DNA of 64,000 bases from the NCBI RefSeq assembly GCF_006345805.1, contig NC_043000.1:60698001-60762000 (forward strand), in the 5' to 3' direction. This stretch comes from Octopus sinensis. Lineage: Eukaryota. A program made the translations under genes and the position numbers. The notes under the pieces were generated by a model that did not search any database, was not told where the DNA came from, and saw only the letters and a list, made by a program, of their open reading frames with translations. This document shows, one piece after another, positions 1 through 62,499 of the stretch. How positions within the stretch are numbered: the stretch's first letter is position 1; every line of letters begins with the position of its first letter.

Positions 1-604
1 TTTTTAGTATAGTGACATTGGACCATTTCAGACTCCACAGTTAGTTTGGCTCTATGTGGTGACCATAGCTGAGAGAAGCAGTCCAGGTGGCAAAGAACAA
101 AGGTCTTCCACAGGGTTAATCTAACTACTTGATCTCTTTAGCTTGAAGGACATTAGTATCCATTCTGCTAGTTGTCTGCACTTTGCCTCCATCTTGGTAA
201 TGTGCATATGAACTGATGCATCATTGCACATACTGATCCCCAAGCCTCTCACTACCTGTGACTCTGGGACTGCAGCACCTTCAGATCCTGTATATGCATG
301 CTGTGTTGCATCTGTGAGTTGATAGTGCAGTGCTTGAAGTTTTCCAGCATTAAACTGCATATTGTTTACTTCAGCTCACTTGTATATTGCATTCAGGTCC
401 AAGCATGGCCAGTCTAATGACCAAAACCAGTAAAAGATAAATATATATATATATATATATATATATCAAATCTACCCATAAAGCTTTGGTTAGACTGGGG
501 CTATAGTAGAAGACACTTGCTCAAGGTGTCATGCAATGGGACTGAACCAGGAACCATGTGGTTGGGAAGAAAACTTTTTTACAACATAACCAATTTGGAG
601 TCAG

Positions 605-938
605 TCAAATTCCATATAACATAAATCCTTGATGTATTAAAGTTAGTTCCACCTCTGCATGATGAATCATCTTTACCAAATGGCAAATATAACCAGCTCC
701 ACTTGTGAAAAGGAGATAATCTCAACAATCCACAATTTCATGTGGCATTGTCTGTCCTCTTATCTCTGGACAATAAACCTATCCTCTTCAATGGCATTTT
801 GGAGAAATCTTGATTCTTGACATTATATTCCCTTCCCATGTGAAGGGAAGATAATGTCCATTTGGTAATTATGCTACATCTTTTAGAAGTGGAGATGATT
901 TTAATAAATCAAGAATATATATTGTATGTTATTTGACG
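605..938. repeat. Old degenerate palindrome (foldback), arms of about 135 bp
   Basis: gtcaaat...cttgat.tattaaa...tccac.tct...ttaccaaatgg...ataat.tcaa.aatc recurs in reverse complement at about 805-938. Confidence 0.6.
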
Positions 939-1155
939 TATTTTTATTTGTCTGTTATTTGAATGCATGCCACTGGTTACCTTGAACCAGTGTCTTCCAA
1001 CAAAGCTTTAGGTCGACCCTTTTGACAGGAATTTGGTAGATGAAAACTGCACAGAAGCCTATCTGGTGCATATGTTAATATCTGTGTTAATCTTTTGCTC
1101 AGTAAGAAATGTAAAGTTGGTGAGATAATGGAAATACCATTGCTTTCATGTCAAA

Positions 1156-1460
1156 ATCATCATCATCATCATCATCGTTTAATGTTCGGTTTCCATGCTG
1201 GCATGGGTTGGACGATTTGACTAAGGACTGACGAACCAGATGGCTGCACTAGGCTTCAATCTGATCTGGCAGAGTTTCTACAGCTGGATGCCCTTCCTAA
1301 CACCAACCACTCCGAGAGTGTAGTGGGTGCTTTTATGTACCACTGGCACGAGGGCCAGTCAGGCAGTACTGGCAATGGCCACACTCAAATGGTGTTTTTT
1401 ACGTGCCACCTGCACAGGAGCCAGTCCAGCAGCACTGGCAATGACCTCACTCAAATATTT
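1156..1460 (-). mobile_element. Short copy of the RTE-type 3' end (SINE or 5'-truncated LINE) with (GAT)n tail
   Basis: Same ccaacccatgc..gcatggaaa..gacgttaaacgatgatg tail and gaagggcatccagc.gtagaaac block as the RTE LINEs at 44376 and 58590; further copies at about 27703-27960, 35690-35845 and 43120-43365. Confidence 0.75.
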
Positions 1461-1764
1461 TTTTTTTTACATTGAAACACACCTATGAACAAAAGCATTT
1501 CAGCTATGACCATGCAAATATTTTAAAGTTATCTAGGACTACATTATCTAATGCAAACATTTCCTAGCCTTTCCTGTTGCTTGTGCACCTAAAACACTTG
1601 AATACTTACAACTGCTTCCTACTTTTACTGTTATACAGATAAGCACAGCTGTATGTAGTTTCAGGTTTCATTACACAGCATCTCTGGCAAATGTTATCCC
1701 CTATAGCGTTTGGCTGATCAGTGTCTGGTGAGTAATAGTGGTTAGAGTAGAGAGAGTTACCTTT

Positions 1765-2000
1765 GTGAGTCATACTAACTCATAAGGGCTGGTTTCCCAG
1801 CCTCATGGCGGAGACATTCCCCGCCTAGAAAGAATGCCAGTCTGTCACCAGATTACTCGTTTTTGCAAGCCGAGTGGACTGGTGCAATGTGAAACGAAGT
1901 GTCCTGCCCAAGAATACAATGCATTGCTCAGTCCAGAAATTGAAACCACAATTTTACAATCAAGAATCCAGTACCCTAACCACCAAGCCACCAACTCCAT
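1765..2000 (-). mobile_element. tRNA-derived SINE (family C)
   Basis: Contains the cttgggcaggacacttcgtttcacattgcaccagtccactc core on the minus strand; related copies at 36700-37010(+), 39590-39900(-), 47148-47440(+) and 55280-55410(-). Confidence 0.65.
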
Positions 2001-2426
2001 GTGTAGTATTGAGGGCTTTGGCATTAGAAGAAAATCATGGCCACCTCAGATGGAGAGAGGGACAGAGAGAGATGGTGAAGATGTGACAGAAAGATCACAT
2101 TGGCTGGGCCTCCATATAGTTTTTGTTAACCAATATCTTGTGTAAATTTTTGTTTTGCTTGAATTACACAGGCAATCCCTTGTTTCTCTCTAACTTTAAT
2201 AAGGAAAATGTAGTGAACCTGTGATTGGCCTCTAGGAAGCCTATGATCATTGTTATTGTTGTTTATAAAATGTGACATAAAATAAATAAAAAAATCTTAT
2301 TCAATAGTGAAATGAATAAAATTCATTTGTTTGACCTTTCTTCAATTCACATATATAATCTTCTTTCAATTATTGATACCATGAGAGAGAGAGAGAGATA
2401 CAGGTAGACACACACTTTTTGCAGAA

Positions 2427-2622
2427 TATTCTTTCCAATTCTAGAAACAAGGCCTGAAATTTGGGGAAGGGGCCAGTTAATTAGATCGATCCCAGTACAC
2501 AACTGGTACTTAATTTATCGACCCCGAAAGAATGATAGGCAAAGTTGACCTCAGCGGAATTTGAACTCAGAACGTAAAGACAGATGAAATACCGCTAAAC
2601 ATTTCTGCCAGCTTGCGACCTT
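2427..2622 (-). mobile_element. tRNA-derived SINE (family A)
   Basis: gttctgagttcaaattccgc B-box-like head plus ctttgcct..cat.ctttcggggtcgataaattaagtaccag core; many copies, e.g. 9160-9330, 9640-9820, 15590-15745, 40835-41040 and 41900-42090. Confidence 0.8.
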
Positions 2623-4141
2623 ACGTTTTGCAGAATATTGCTGGAAAGCTAAGAGCTTATTAGTCATCCATTTGTATGGAAACCTTGACATGGATATACA
2701 TGGGTCTGTCATCTAGCAAACACTTTCATTGACTAGCTTTGTATGGATACAGGATATTGCCCTGCTGACCTTCTGAATGTTATGCAAGTATGCTATAGGA
2801 GATGTAATTGAGTCAAGCAAATTCAAACAAACTTGATCAAACACTGGATGTTTTCTTTAACTAAATGTAAAGTTGTTCCAACTAAGACCTGTCTTTTTGT
2901 ATATTTAGGACTATATTGTTGAATATGTCTCTTTTCTAAAGATAGTAACTTGAAATTTGAGAGAGATTTGGTTGCTGTTTCTAGTAGGCTGAGTGACTAC
3001 CTGCATTCAGTTTACTTCATTGGCTTAATATCTATTGTGTTTTGTTTCTTTTTCAAGAAAAGATGGAATATAATTATAGTACCACATTCACTTTAAAATA
3101 TTAACCCCTAAGTTCCATGGATAACTATCTTCATAGTCATCTTTCATATCATGGATCTGCTCTTGAAGAGAATGCAGTCCTCAAAGCAAAGTTGTATAGA
3201 AGGCCAGTAGTTTCCCATACTGTGGATCAGTTCTCTTCATACTATTGATTTCGTTCAAGAGAAAGCACCAGGACTGATACAGTTTAGTAAGAAATGTTGT
3301 CACAGAAAGTGTCAGAACAAAGTTGAAGATAGTTGCAGGCAGCTTTAAGGACCCCAGCTCCTGATTTGTACTTGATTGGTACGATCAGTTTTTTAGGGGA
3401 TAGGAGTGGATGGATGAAAAACTTAGTTGATCCAAGTGGGGATTTGAACCAGAAGGCATTTTGTCCATATATGTACCTATTAAAGTAAATTGACAACATA
3501 ACAAATGAAGTCCATCACATAAACAGATTTAATCATACTGTATTTACAATAAATGGTGAAATATCAAGTAGCATACAAAGTCTTCAACTTCCTGGCAGAA
3601 TTGACCAAATAAAAAGAAAAACCAAAGGAGTAAAAAAAACCCAGTCAAACTAACAAAAAGTAGTATTAACTATGATATCACTGTTCAGAATAATTCTAGG
3701 ACAAATTTGCACATGTATTAACACCTGTGTTTGTGTTGGTAAGTGTGTGTGTGTGTGTGTGTGTGTGTAATAAACGTTAAGTGCAATTACTATAACACTG
3801 GTTAAAACCACTTCAGTTAAAGTGAAAAGGAAGCACAATAATTATTCTGCTGGTTTGAGGAATGTGAAAGGAAATATTATTATTATTATTGTTGTTACTA
3901 TTATTATTATGTTTTGCCTTTTCTAAAATTTATACAAGCTGACCCAAGTCTCAACCAAAGACAGTAAAGGTCAACAAATTTTTGCATCTAAAGATGTAAG
4001 CAGGCAAAGTGCTATGCAATTAAAAATAAGAAAAAAATCTGATATCTGTGTGTTAACCCCCCCCCCCTCAATATTATTATTATCATTAGTAGTAGTAGTA
4101 GAGGTATCATTCTCTTATATTGTGTTACCAATAATAACATG

Positions 4142-4147
4142 TTTATT
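4142..4147 (-). promoter_or_regulatory. Candidate distal polyadenylation signal (AATAAA) of the DPP4-like gene
   Basis: Minus strand reads tgtacaagg...tgtacaggAATAAAcatg, with two upstream UGUA elements; a similar site lies at 7245-7250. Confidence 0.35.
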
Positions 4148-5304
4148 CCTGTACAAAACTTTCTTTTAAACATAGTCCTTGTACAATTAAAAAAAAAAAT
4201 ATCAAGACAAAACATTCCCACTTTTTATATATTTTTTTCTTCTTTTGTTGGAATATAAGAAGAAATTGCGAGTAAGCCATTCCAATGCTTTCAGCAAATT
4301 TCTATTGCTGAGCTATGTTGTTCCAAACTACCACTTCTTTTGTCGTAGTCATATATTGAATTTTAACATTGATACAAAGTCTTAATTTTTTATTATGGTG
4401 GGGAAAATACAATTGGCTAAAATCAACTTTGGTTATTATTTTGACTCAGAATTTATTTACCCTTTGAAGGCTGAATGTCAAAGTCAACTTTGGCAATACT
4501 TGAACTTAGAATACAAAGGGACATAACTAAACACCACAAGGTATTTTGCTGTTTCACCATTGTTTCTCGTAATCTGTCCACCTTGTATATTGAAATAGAA
4601 TTTGATTTTCTCTATGTTTCTTTTCCCCTCTTTCACTCTATTTTTTTTTTCTTTTTGCTCCTAGCATTCTGCAGTAGTGAATGGGTTAAATATGCCAGTG
4701 AAAAGAACACAATTAATGTGAAATTGTTTATAGTGATACCACAAATTATTCTAAATATTTACAGCAATGAAGATAATTACAATAAATAAATGATTTCAAT
4801 AAGTCCTGATGAATGATGATGATGACAATAAAAATAATACTTAATGGCTTAAAAAAAAAAACAAATAAAAAACAACAACAACGTCAAAATTTTAAATAGT
4901 ATTTAGTATTAGGACATTTTTGAAGAACGTTTAAAGCCAATCAGGAAAATATAAAAAATAAAGATAAAATGAGAAAAACAACAACAAAAACACATTGAAA
5001 ACTAATTTACTATTATATAAATGCATATTGATATTTACATAATTCATCATATAATGAAAAATAAAATAAAAATAAAATAATGATACAGGTAGTAATAATA
5101 ATGATAATAATAATAGTAACTATAATTACAATCAAAGAATAAAAAATATTGGTTGCACATTAAATTTGATTCTAATTGAATAACTTTCATTTTTCCTTTG
5201 ACATTTTAGTGTCATTTAACATATATATGATATCACATTGTCCAACTAAAGGTAGACATAAACAGATGTAATAAAGTATTTACATGGTGCGTGCACGTGT
5301 GTGT

Positions 5305-5347
<43 letters not shown>

Positions 5348-5624
5348 TACACTCACATAGATATACACATAGTAACATACAAATATATGCACACATTCAC
5401 TCACATACACACACACAGACACATACACACACATATATAGGTATTTAATAACTAAGAGTGTGTAAAATAACCTGTAACTAACTACTTGTCTTTAAATGCA
5501 ATGGAAATAATTTTATAAAATGCAATAATTTCTGCTTGAATAAACAGAAAAATAGAATAGAAAATTAATATAGTAACAAAATACAATAATAAAAGTCCAT
5601 AGATAAAGTTATTCTTTTACACAA

Positions 5625-6070
5625 CCACTGGTTACCGCTGTTAGCAGCCAATGGTTTGGTTGTTAGTCACCAACAAACATTGGTTGTAGTTTACTAATAA
5701 TCTTGGTTATTAGGTACCAGTAATTATTGGTTTGGTTGGTTGTTACCAACAATTAGCTGTTAGTAAGCAGCAATTAATTACCATACAAGCAATCATTGGT
5801 TTGTTGTTATCAGCAATCATTTATTGTTGGTTGATGGTCAACATATCTGGAATCATTTGTTTTGTTGGTGACCACCATACCAGCAATCTTTAATCTGGCT
5901 GGTGCTTACCATACCAGCGATCTTTGTTTTTGGTTTCTATACCAACAATAATTAGTTTGTACAGTGGTTTCTATACTAGCAAGCAAATTATTCGTTTGCT
6001 GGTTACCAGCAACCATTGTTAGGAAACTGGTTACTGTCTGGCAAACATTGTTTCACATTGCTTGCTACTG
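5625..6070. repeat. Cryptic degenerate minisatellite, units of about 25-40 bp
   Basis: Recurring (c)cagcaatcattggtt(t)g(t)tggttac-like units. Confidence 0.55.
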
Positions 6071-9000
6071 CTATATTTTGCTTTAGTAGTTTTCTGTAAT
6101 CATTGGTAATAACTAATAGTAATGATCTGTTTCTTTAAATCAAAAGCATTAAGCATCCTGTTACATTAGTAACAAACAACCAATTTACTGTTACATGACA
6201 GAAACCACATATTTGGCAACAGTTACAAGTTATTATTGTTAGCCAGCTAACGTTGCTTATAATAGCAATGTTTTTCCCCCAGTTTTCAATCCAGCATCTA
6301 TCCATTTCTGTCTTTTTATACTTTATTTTTAGATTACTAAACTATTATAAATGTATACCAAGGTTATAATAAATCATGACTCTTGGGGATTTCTATTTTT
6401 ATTCTTTCCTTTCCATTTTATTTTAATAGATTTTTCTTTTATCATTTACCCCTTTTAGTTGAGAATTCATTAGATTAGTTGTTTTTGCCTTTGCCATTGA
6501 TTAATCATCAAATGCCATGTGTATGTGCATATGTACACATATGTAGTACATAAATATAAATGCACATATGAAAGCACATGAGTATAAGGAAGAGATAATG
6601 TTATAATCAACAGGAATTGGGTTTAAAAAGGGTAAGGACTCGGTTGAATAACAAATACAGGTTTTAGAACATTGATATGATGTTGCAAGGTCTATTATGC
6701 CCTATTATATTTTGATTTATTTTTGCCTTTGCATGAAAGCTCAATATTTTTTTAAGGACAGAGATATAAACAATTTTATTGACCTCAAGAGAGAGAGAGT
6801 GAGAGAGAAATTTAACTCCAGCCAGAGATGATTCATGATTAATAAAGCATAAAGCATCTAGATTAGTACTCAATCATTTGTGTACTTCTGAGCTGACATA
6901 GGGAGCATATATTTTGGGAAAGATGAAGTATGGTAATCTCTGTGATTTTCTCTGAGGCTTTGGAAGCATGAAGTTAATGAAATCACATCAACCAGCATCA
7001 AAAGAGCATCACAGACTTTACTCCCTGTATATTAGATTTTTTTCTATACAGAAGCTCATTTTCTTTTATATTTCAGGAGTGGGACATAATCAATCCTTGT
7101 AGGATTTGAACGAAGGTCCCCGAACATGTTCTCTTGTTTTGTCCAATAACATTGCTCCCTAATTCACAAATGTATTTGTTAAATGATTACATATTTATTT
7201 CATCATATTGTTAGTTCACTTCCTGAAATAGAATGAAGTTTCTGTTTATTGTACATCAATTAAAAGTTCAAAACAATAATTGTTGGGATTTCCAAATAGC
7301 ATTTTAAAATAAGTATTCATTTTAATTAGTTAAAACATTGCAACTGATTATTTTTATATTATGTTTATTTTAATTAGTTCATTCACAATGTTGAAGACTC
7401 AGTCTTTCGAATTTTTTATATCTTCTCCTGGTAACAACACCTGTTATTTTCTCCAGACCTTCCACAACTGTAGTAAGGTTTTGTAGGATAATATAATTTT
7501 TTTCTACTGATATATATAAGAATGGATTACAAGTGAAAGGAAAATTTGTATTTAAATAAATAATATAATAATCCTTGACTTGCAATTTAATCTACAAGCC
7601 TTCAACTAATGCTCAAAATATTTTAAAACATTTTCCTATAAGAATATTTTCTAAACAAAATGGTTAACCATGAAGTGAGTTGACAAATTCAGAATAATTT
7701 CAATAGAACTTTACTTCTATAAAGTATAATATAATTTACTGTGAAGAATTTCAGTAGTTGCAAGAATGGTAGATAGTGTACTAATGTTACCAGAGCTGGC
7801 TTAAACATGTTCATTGGATGGAAGACGGCTGCATCCCAATAGACCTCCTGTTTGGAGTGCTTGCTGGAAGACCTTGAAGAACAGTTTGCCTGCTACTGTG
7901 CTCCAAGAACTTGCGCAAAAAGAACTTGAAGCTGAAACTGTTAAGCAGAAAGGCAGTGGTAGATAAAACTCATGATCCCTTGCATCAGAGGTGGTATAAC
8001 CAATCATACTCTTCAGCTTGTTGTATATGTAAAGATAGTGTGGAAGTGTCTGTTACACTAGAATAGCACTGCTAAGCAACTACCAAAGATGCTTAGTGAA
8101 ATGACTTTGTAGCATTGCCATAGTCTTCCAAAAGAGACAAATGCCAATACAATATTGTAGGAATGATAGTAGTAGAAAGTTTTCCTGCTGGGGTTAAGCA
8201 TTGGGTTGATTAGAGAATCAGAGAAAACTATCTATGAAGATAAAATAGTAGATACAAAGTAGATAAATGTGTAAATAGAAAGAGAAAATGTGAATCCATC
8301 ATACAAAATGGAAATCACTATTTAATAGGATATTCCTTATAAAAATATTGAAATTGGTATTCTTTTACAAAGCTTTAGAGAATTCTTTAGTATAACTATC
8401 AGCATACAATTAAATAGTTATGAGATCATGATTGTATGTTTTATATTTTTTAATAGATTCTTTGAATATTTAACAATAGCATTTTCTTTATAAATGTATA
8501 TATTTTCTATGATTCACAAATTAAATACTCATGAAGTAACTGTTAAAAATTTAACTAGAAACTAAAAATATAAATTCAAAGAACACAAACATTATTTCCT
8601 TTAGTTTTTAATTTAAATTAATTTAATTTAATTTTTTATATTTTTCGAATTAATTTTCATTATGGTGTAAAATATTATTTCTGTGAAAATTTACCAATGA
8701 AACTTATTAACCCTGAGTTTCACAGATCATAAAGGCAATGCTTTTAATTACTGGGAATATCTACTGTTTATATCAGTGTTTGAGTTATCATTTTCTGGAA
8801 TGAAGCATAACGCTCAGCTTCTTATTTTAATGTAATGTGCTATACTTTTAGCCTGTGGTTTCCAGTGTTTCCATAACCTTGTCACTCTATCTTCTTAACT
8901 TCAGGAATGTAACACCTTTATTGACTTGTGTCATCCCACTTTGGAAACACCAGGTTTAACTGAAGAGTTAATACAAACCTCTTTATCTGAGTGGAAATCT

Positions 9001-10502
9001 TAGCTGGGATTTTTATTTGGACCATCAAGTACCATAACTCCTCTTGATATACATAATGATGCTATCACTAATGGTACTAACAACTGAGGTTTTACAATTA
9101 ATAATGTAATCGTAATGATTTCTTCTCTTTTATTTTAATAATGATAATAATCATCATTTGTACTATAGGCACAAGGCCTCAAATTTTGGTAGGAGGAGGC
9201 TAGTCAATTTCTTTGACCCCAGTACTTCACTGGTACTTATTTCATCAACCTCAGTGGAATTTGAACTCAGAATGTAAAGACAGATGAAATGCCCTGAAAC
9301 AATTTGTCAGGTGTGTAAACGATTCTGTCTTAATAATAATTAAGACCTCAGATTTGGAGTTAAGGAGGAGTTAGTCAGTTATATTGATCTCTGGCACTTG
9401 ACTAGTAGTATTTTTTTTTATCAACTTTCATCCTTTAAGAATGAAAGGCAATGTAAATCCCAGTGGGAATTGAACTTGTGACATAAAGAGATGTAACTAA
9501 ATACCACAAAAGTATTTTTGTCTACATTGATACCGAATTTGCCAATCCACTGCCCTTATGAAATAATAATAATAACAATAATAATAATACAAGATTATAA
9601 ATAATCATTCTTAACCTAAGATAAAGCTGTCAAGCATTAAAAATCATTTGGCCAGAAATATTGGGGGAGGGTAACAGTCAATTATATCGACCCAGCACGT
9701 TGCTGGTGCTTTATTTTATCAACCCCAGAAGGATGAAAGGCAAAGTTGACCTCAGTGGGATTTGAACTCAAGTAAAAAGCCAGAACAAATATTGCAAGGC
9801 ATTTTGTTTGATGCTCTAGGGCAAAAGTATAAAATGTATTTCATACTGGATTATATTACAATAAATATTGAATAATTTATTCTTTCTTTTTTGCCTAGAA
9901 ATTTTATGTTTGGAATAAAAAAAAAAGCAATGGTTTAGCTTCTTTAAAAATACACAAAATAGGTGGGATATAATGAAAATAATAAAAAGAAAAATATTGA
10001 AAAAAAATCACAAAAAAAAACAAGGCATGCTTTGATCTTGAGTAATAAATAAGAAATATCACCAGTGAAGTTTGTTAAATCAATTCTTTATACATATTTC
10101 TTAGAGAATGAAGAAATGATGAATGGAAAGGATATATGTGTGTGTGTGTATGTGTGTGTGTGTATTTGCACTAGGTGGTGAAGAGGAAAAGAGAAAATTA
10201 TGAATGAAAAATTATAGTTCAATGTGGACATGACATGTAGGGGAGAAGGGAAAATGTGGAAAAGAGGTGAAAAAATAATTAAATCTTAGAATTAATGAAA
10301 ATACTAAATATATTTAAATTGGAAGGTAAGCTTAGATTTAAAATCTTTTAAATCTCAAGTTTAACTTTAAAGAAAATAAAACTGAATTTTGAAATGAAAT
10401 AATTGAATTAGTTTACAAAATTACGAAACTAAGATTTGGTGCTATTCTGTGATAATTTATTAGAATAACTGATGCAAGACATAAATTATGCCAGTTTACT
10501 TA

Positions 10503-10732
10503 TTAACCCTCTTGTTACCATATTTTTGTTGAGATGCTCTGAGTTTCTTTCAATTAATTTTAAATATAACATAGAATTTAGTAAAATAACTTAGTTATCA
10601 TTAAACTAGTCTTAGGAACATAAATTGTGACTAAGGTTTGGTGGAAGATTTTAATTCAGAACTTTTGAAAACAAGAAATTTGTACTACAGAGTCAGAGGC
10701 GGTTTCATGCAGGTTGGTACCAAAAGGGTTAA
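10503..10732. mobile_element. piggyBac-type MITE (about 220 bp)
   Basis: TTAA|ccct...aggg|TTAA ends; near-identical copy at 28297-28525; more decayed relatives at about 17380-17610 and 22200-22417. Confidence 0.8.
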
Positions 10733-12066
10733 TCTTACTAATACCATCTCAAAGTCATCTTGAAAACAATTAAATAATCTTAACCTCTACAAAGAAGTTA
10801 GTTATTAGAATTTGTCTTAATAACAAATTATGAATGAATTTCAATATTTTCGGAAGGATAAATAAAACATATAACAAAAAAAAAGAAAAAAACAACAACA
10901 ATAACAACTAAAGTATCGATGTAAATGAAGGCGTTAAGTCAAAATATATGTTAGTAACCAAACCCTTAAAGCTTTCAGATGAAAAATATCATAAGTTATA
11001 ACATATTCATTTTTTAAATAATTTTTAACATATTTTTTTAATGGAAGCGACTTTGATAATTTTCCCACTAATTCAACGCTGTAAGTGAATTATTGTCTAT
11101 TTATTGAGCTTTAATCATTCAGACATCAATAACCTAGATTTAAAAAATATCATTATTTAAATTAAATAAAAATTTTTTAATGTGTTGATTTGACACTTTT
11201 GTATAAGAATTGAAGAATTAAAGTGAGTGTAAAGTTACTGTGCTTAAGTTAAACATGCTTATTTCATTAGATTAAATATAAAAAAAAATATACATATTGT
11301 ACACATATATAAATATATTGACATTATAAGAAAACCATTAGATTCAGAGCTGATATTCAATGAAACATAAATTTATCAGCAAAACTTCTTGAAAATGAAT
11401 ATTCTTGGGTGGGGTGAGATTAGCATTTAGTAAGTAACAAAACGAAAAACCCTGCTCTATAGGTAAATAATTTGTTGCATTCACATTATGATGCATTTTG
11501 GTAAAAACAAATGTAGACTAATTAATTACTCTTGGTACAAATAATTAGTCAAACTATTTTGGCAATACAGCTATCTTAAGAGTTCATTTACTTTATAGAA
11601 ACTAGTCTGGTTTACTATTATCTAAATAGTGTTTCGAATACTGCTACCTTAATATAACATAGATTAAATCATATTAAGATCCTTAGAATCTGGACTAAAT
11701 AATTGGTAAAAATTAGTAGACTGAATTGAATATATAGTGTGAACAAAGATGAACAAATATTCTCTCTTTTTAGATATATACTTAAACCATTTAGAGCAAG
11801 TGTTTTATCTGTTTAGCTGTTTATCTTAATGTTCTGATATTTATAATTGAAAACTTAAGACACTGATTTCAATATTGCATTTAAGCTGAGCTTATATTAA
11901 CCTGACCATTTCAGGCATTTTATTAAATAACTAATTAAATGAAATAATAGCTTGTATTAATAGTAAAAAATAATAACTTAGTAAATGATAAGGTTAGTTT
12001 GAAAAATTAAAGGAACAGACTCCATTTACAAAGTTTTCTTCCAGAAAATTAAATGGAGTACAGTTG

Positions 12067-60219
<48,153 letters not shown>

Positions 60220-60874
60220 CTAAAGAGAAAATAGTCACAAATTAATTATTTATAAATATATTTCAATTAAAAACTTTCAATAAAACAAATATAAATATAT
60301 AAATTTTCCCTCCTTTGTATCTTTATAATAGCTGTAGAATCCACCAGATACTAGATTAAATGTTTTGCAGTATTTATTTTTGCTCTTCAAGTACCGAGCT
60401 CAAATTCTCTCATTCACATTTGTTAATAATTAAGTAACTGGGATTGGTTCAAAGGACTATATTCCTTTCCAAAAGGCTTGTGATTAATGTAAAAAAATCA
60501 AAGTTGCTATTACTACTCCTCTTGTCCCTAATCGACTACAGTTACTAATATATTCAGAGTTCAAATCTCACTGGTGATTGACTATCTTTTTGTCTCTCAG
60601 GCTTTAATAAAGTAAGTTCTAGTTATGTATTGGGGTTGATTCAAATCAAGTTATTAGAAAATAATGAAGCATCTAGTTTAGCTGCAAACACTAGTAAGCA
60701 AGTTTTTACCACTCCAAATGCTAAATATCAAGTGTGTATTAATTTGTACTGCTTAATCTTTAATCTTTTACTTCTTTAGTGCACAGAAATCAAAATGATG
60801 CATTGGTGTGCCATCCTGATTTCTGAGGTGACTAACCAGAAGAAGAGAACAAAATCAATAAACAATAATAGTTT

Positions 60875-61632
60875 CAAATTTTGACACTAGGCCAACAATT
60901 TCTAAGGGAGACAGGCACCCTGATTACATCAAACATAGAGCTCAACTGGTATTTATTTTATTGACCTCAAAAGACTATGGTAAAGTTAGTCTAAGTGGAA
61001 TTTGAATTTAGTATGTAAAGAGCAGGAAGAAACCCCACTAAGTATTTTGTCCAAGATAATAATAATAATAATAATAATATAATAATAATAATAATCCTTT
61101 CTACTAAAGACACAAGGCCTGAAATTTTGGGGGAGGGGACTAGTTGATTACATCAACCCCAGTGTTTCACTGGTATTTAATTTATCGACCCTGAAAAGAT
61201 GAAAGGCAAAGTTGATCTCCTTAGAATTTGACCTCAGAACAAGCAGACAGATAAAATGCCACTAAGCATTTTGCCTAGTATGCTAATGATTCTGCCAGCT
61301 TGCCACCTTAATAACAACAACAACAAAAATAATAATAACAACAACAACAAAAATAATAATAACAACAACAACAACAACAACAACAATAATAATAACAATG
61401 ATAATGATAATAATGATGATTTCAAATTTTGGCGCAAGGCTAGCAGTTTCTGGGAAGGGGATAAGTCAGTTACATCAACCGCAGTGTTTGACTGGTATTT
61501 ATTTCCTCGACTTCGCAAGGATGAAAGGCAAAGTCAGCTTTGGTGGCATCTGAACTTAGAATGTAAAGATGGACAAAATACTGTTAAGCATTTTGCCTGG
61601 CTTGCTAACGATCCTGCCAGCTAGCCACCTTA
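60875..61632 (-). mobile_element. Cluster of three family-A SINEs separated by (AAT)/(AAC) tracts
   Basis: Repeated aggcaaagt(t)ga/gaatttgaact cores. Confidence 0.8.
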
Positions 61633-61779
61633 ATAATAATGATAATAATTTTTTCTACTGGAAGCACGATGCCTCAAATTTGTGTTTTTTTAATTATCAT
61701 AATTTTATATGTCAACCCTGCATATTTAAATAAGGACAAGAAATGTATATTAACATAGAATAACAGTGTGTTTTGTCTG

Positions 61780-62420
61780 AGTAAAGGGAAATGCTCTGAC
61801 CCTGCCAACCACTGAACTATTACTCTCACTCAATCCCAACATCTTACAGGTCTCGAAAAAAATCATTGATAACAATTTTCTTCAGCATCTAAAGTTGCTT
61901 TCCATCTTCATTGACCATCAGGATGGCTTTGGAAAAGCCAGATCTAATGGAGGTACCACTATTCTTGAGATCTTCAGCAAATGCAATTGCATCTGACATC
62001 ATAAAAAAAATCAAACATGTTTTGCTCAAGAATCTCTTAGCAAAGCTGATCACATTTAAGCTTCTGTTTCTCATCTCATGAGCTGGAAGCTTCTCAGACT
62101 GTACCTTTGAAATGTAAACTCATAAAGCTTTCTCTGACCCACACATTGTCAATCAACTCTGGTATATATCAATGTTTATTTATGTCCACCACACTTTTCA
62201 ATCTTTATATCAATGACTTACTTGCAGCCTTTGACAAAGTTCACTTCTATACAAATAATACCACTTTTCACTTCACTCTAACTTTCTGCATATAGACACC
62301 ATCTACATGCAACCCAGACACCTCATATCAAACTTACACTGCATCCACAAATAAATATGAAAGCATACTTCAACAGGGGCATGATAAACTCGTTATTTTT
62401 CAATTACATAACACATAATA
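61780..62420 (+). mobile_element. Highly decayed LINE RT fragment (CR1/L2/Jockey-like)
   Basis: DHQDGFGKARS and SINSG...TTLFNLYINDLL remnants. Confidence 0.5.
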
Positions 62421-62499
62421 ATTGCAAATATTAAGGAAATAATTCTATACCACAATCTCTCTACTCTTGGATATATATATATATATATATATATATATC

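Noticed and set aside
7801-8007. 68-aa minus-strand ORF in the downstream region
   Set aside because: No recognisable motif or splice context.
7990-8020. Minus-strand CUGAAGA followed by a 6-bp hairpin
   Set aside because: No GAAA follows stem II, so it is not a hammerhead.
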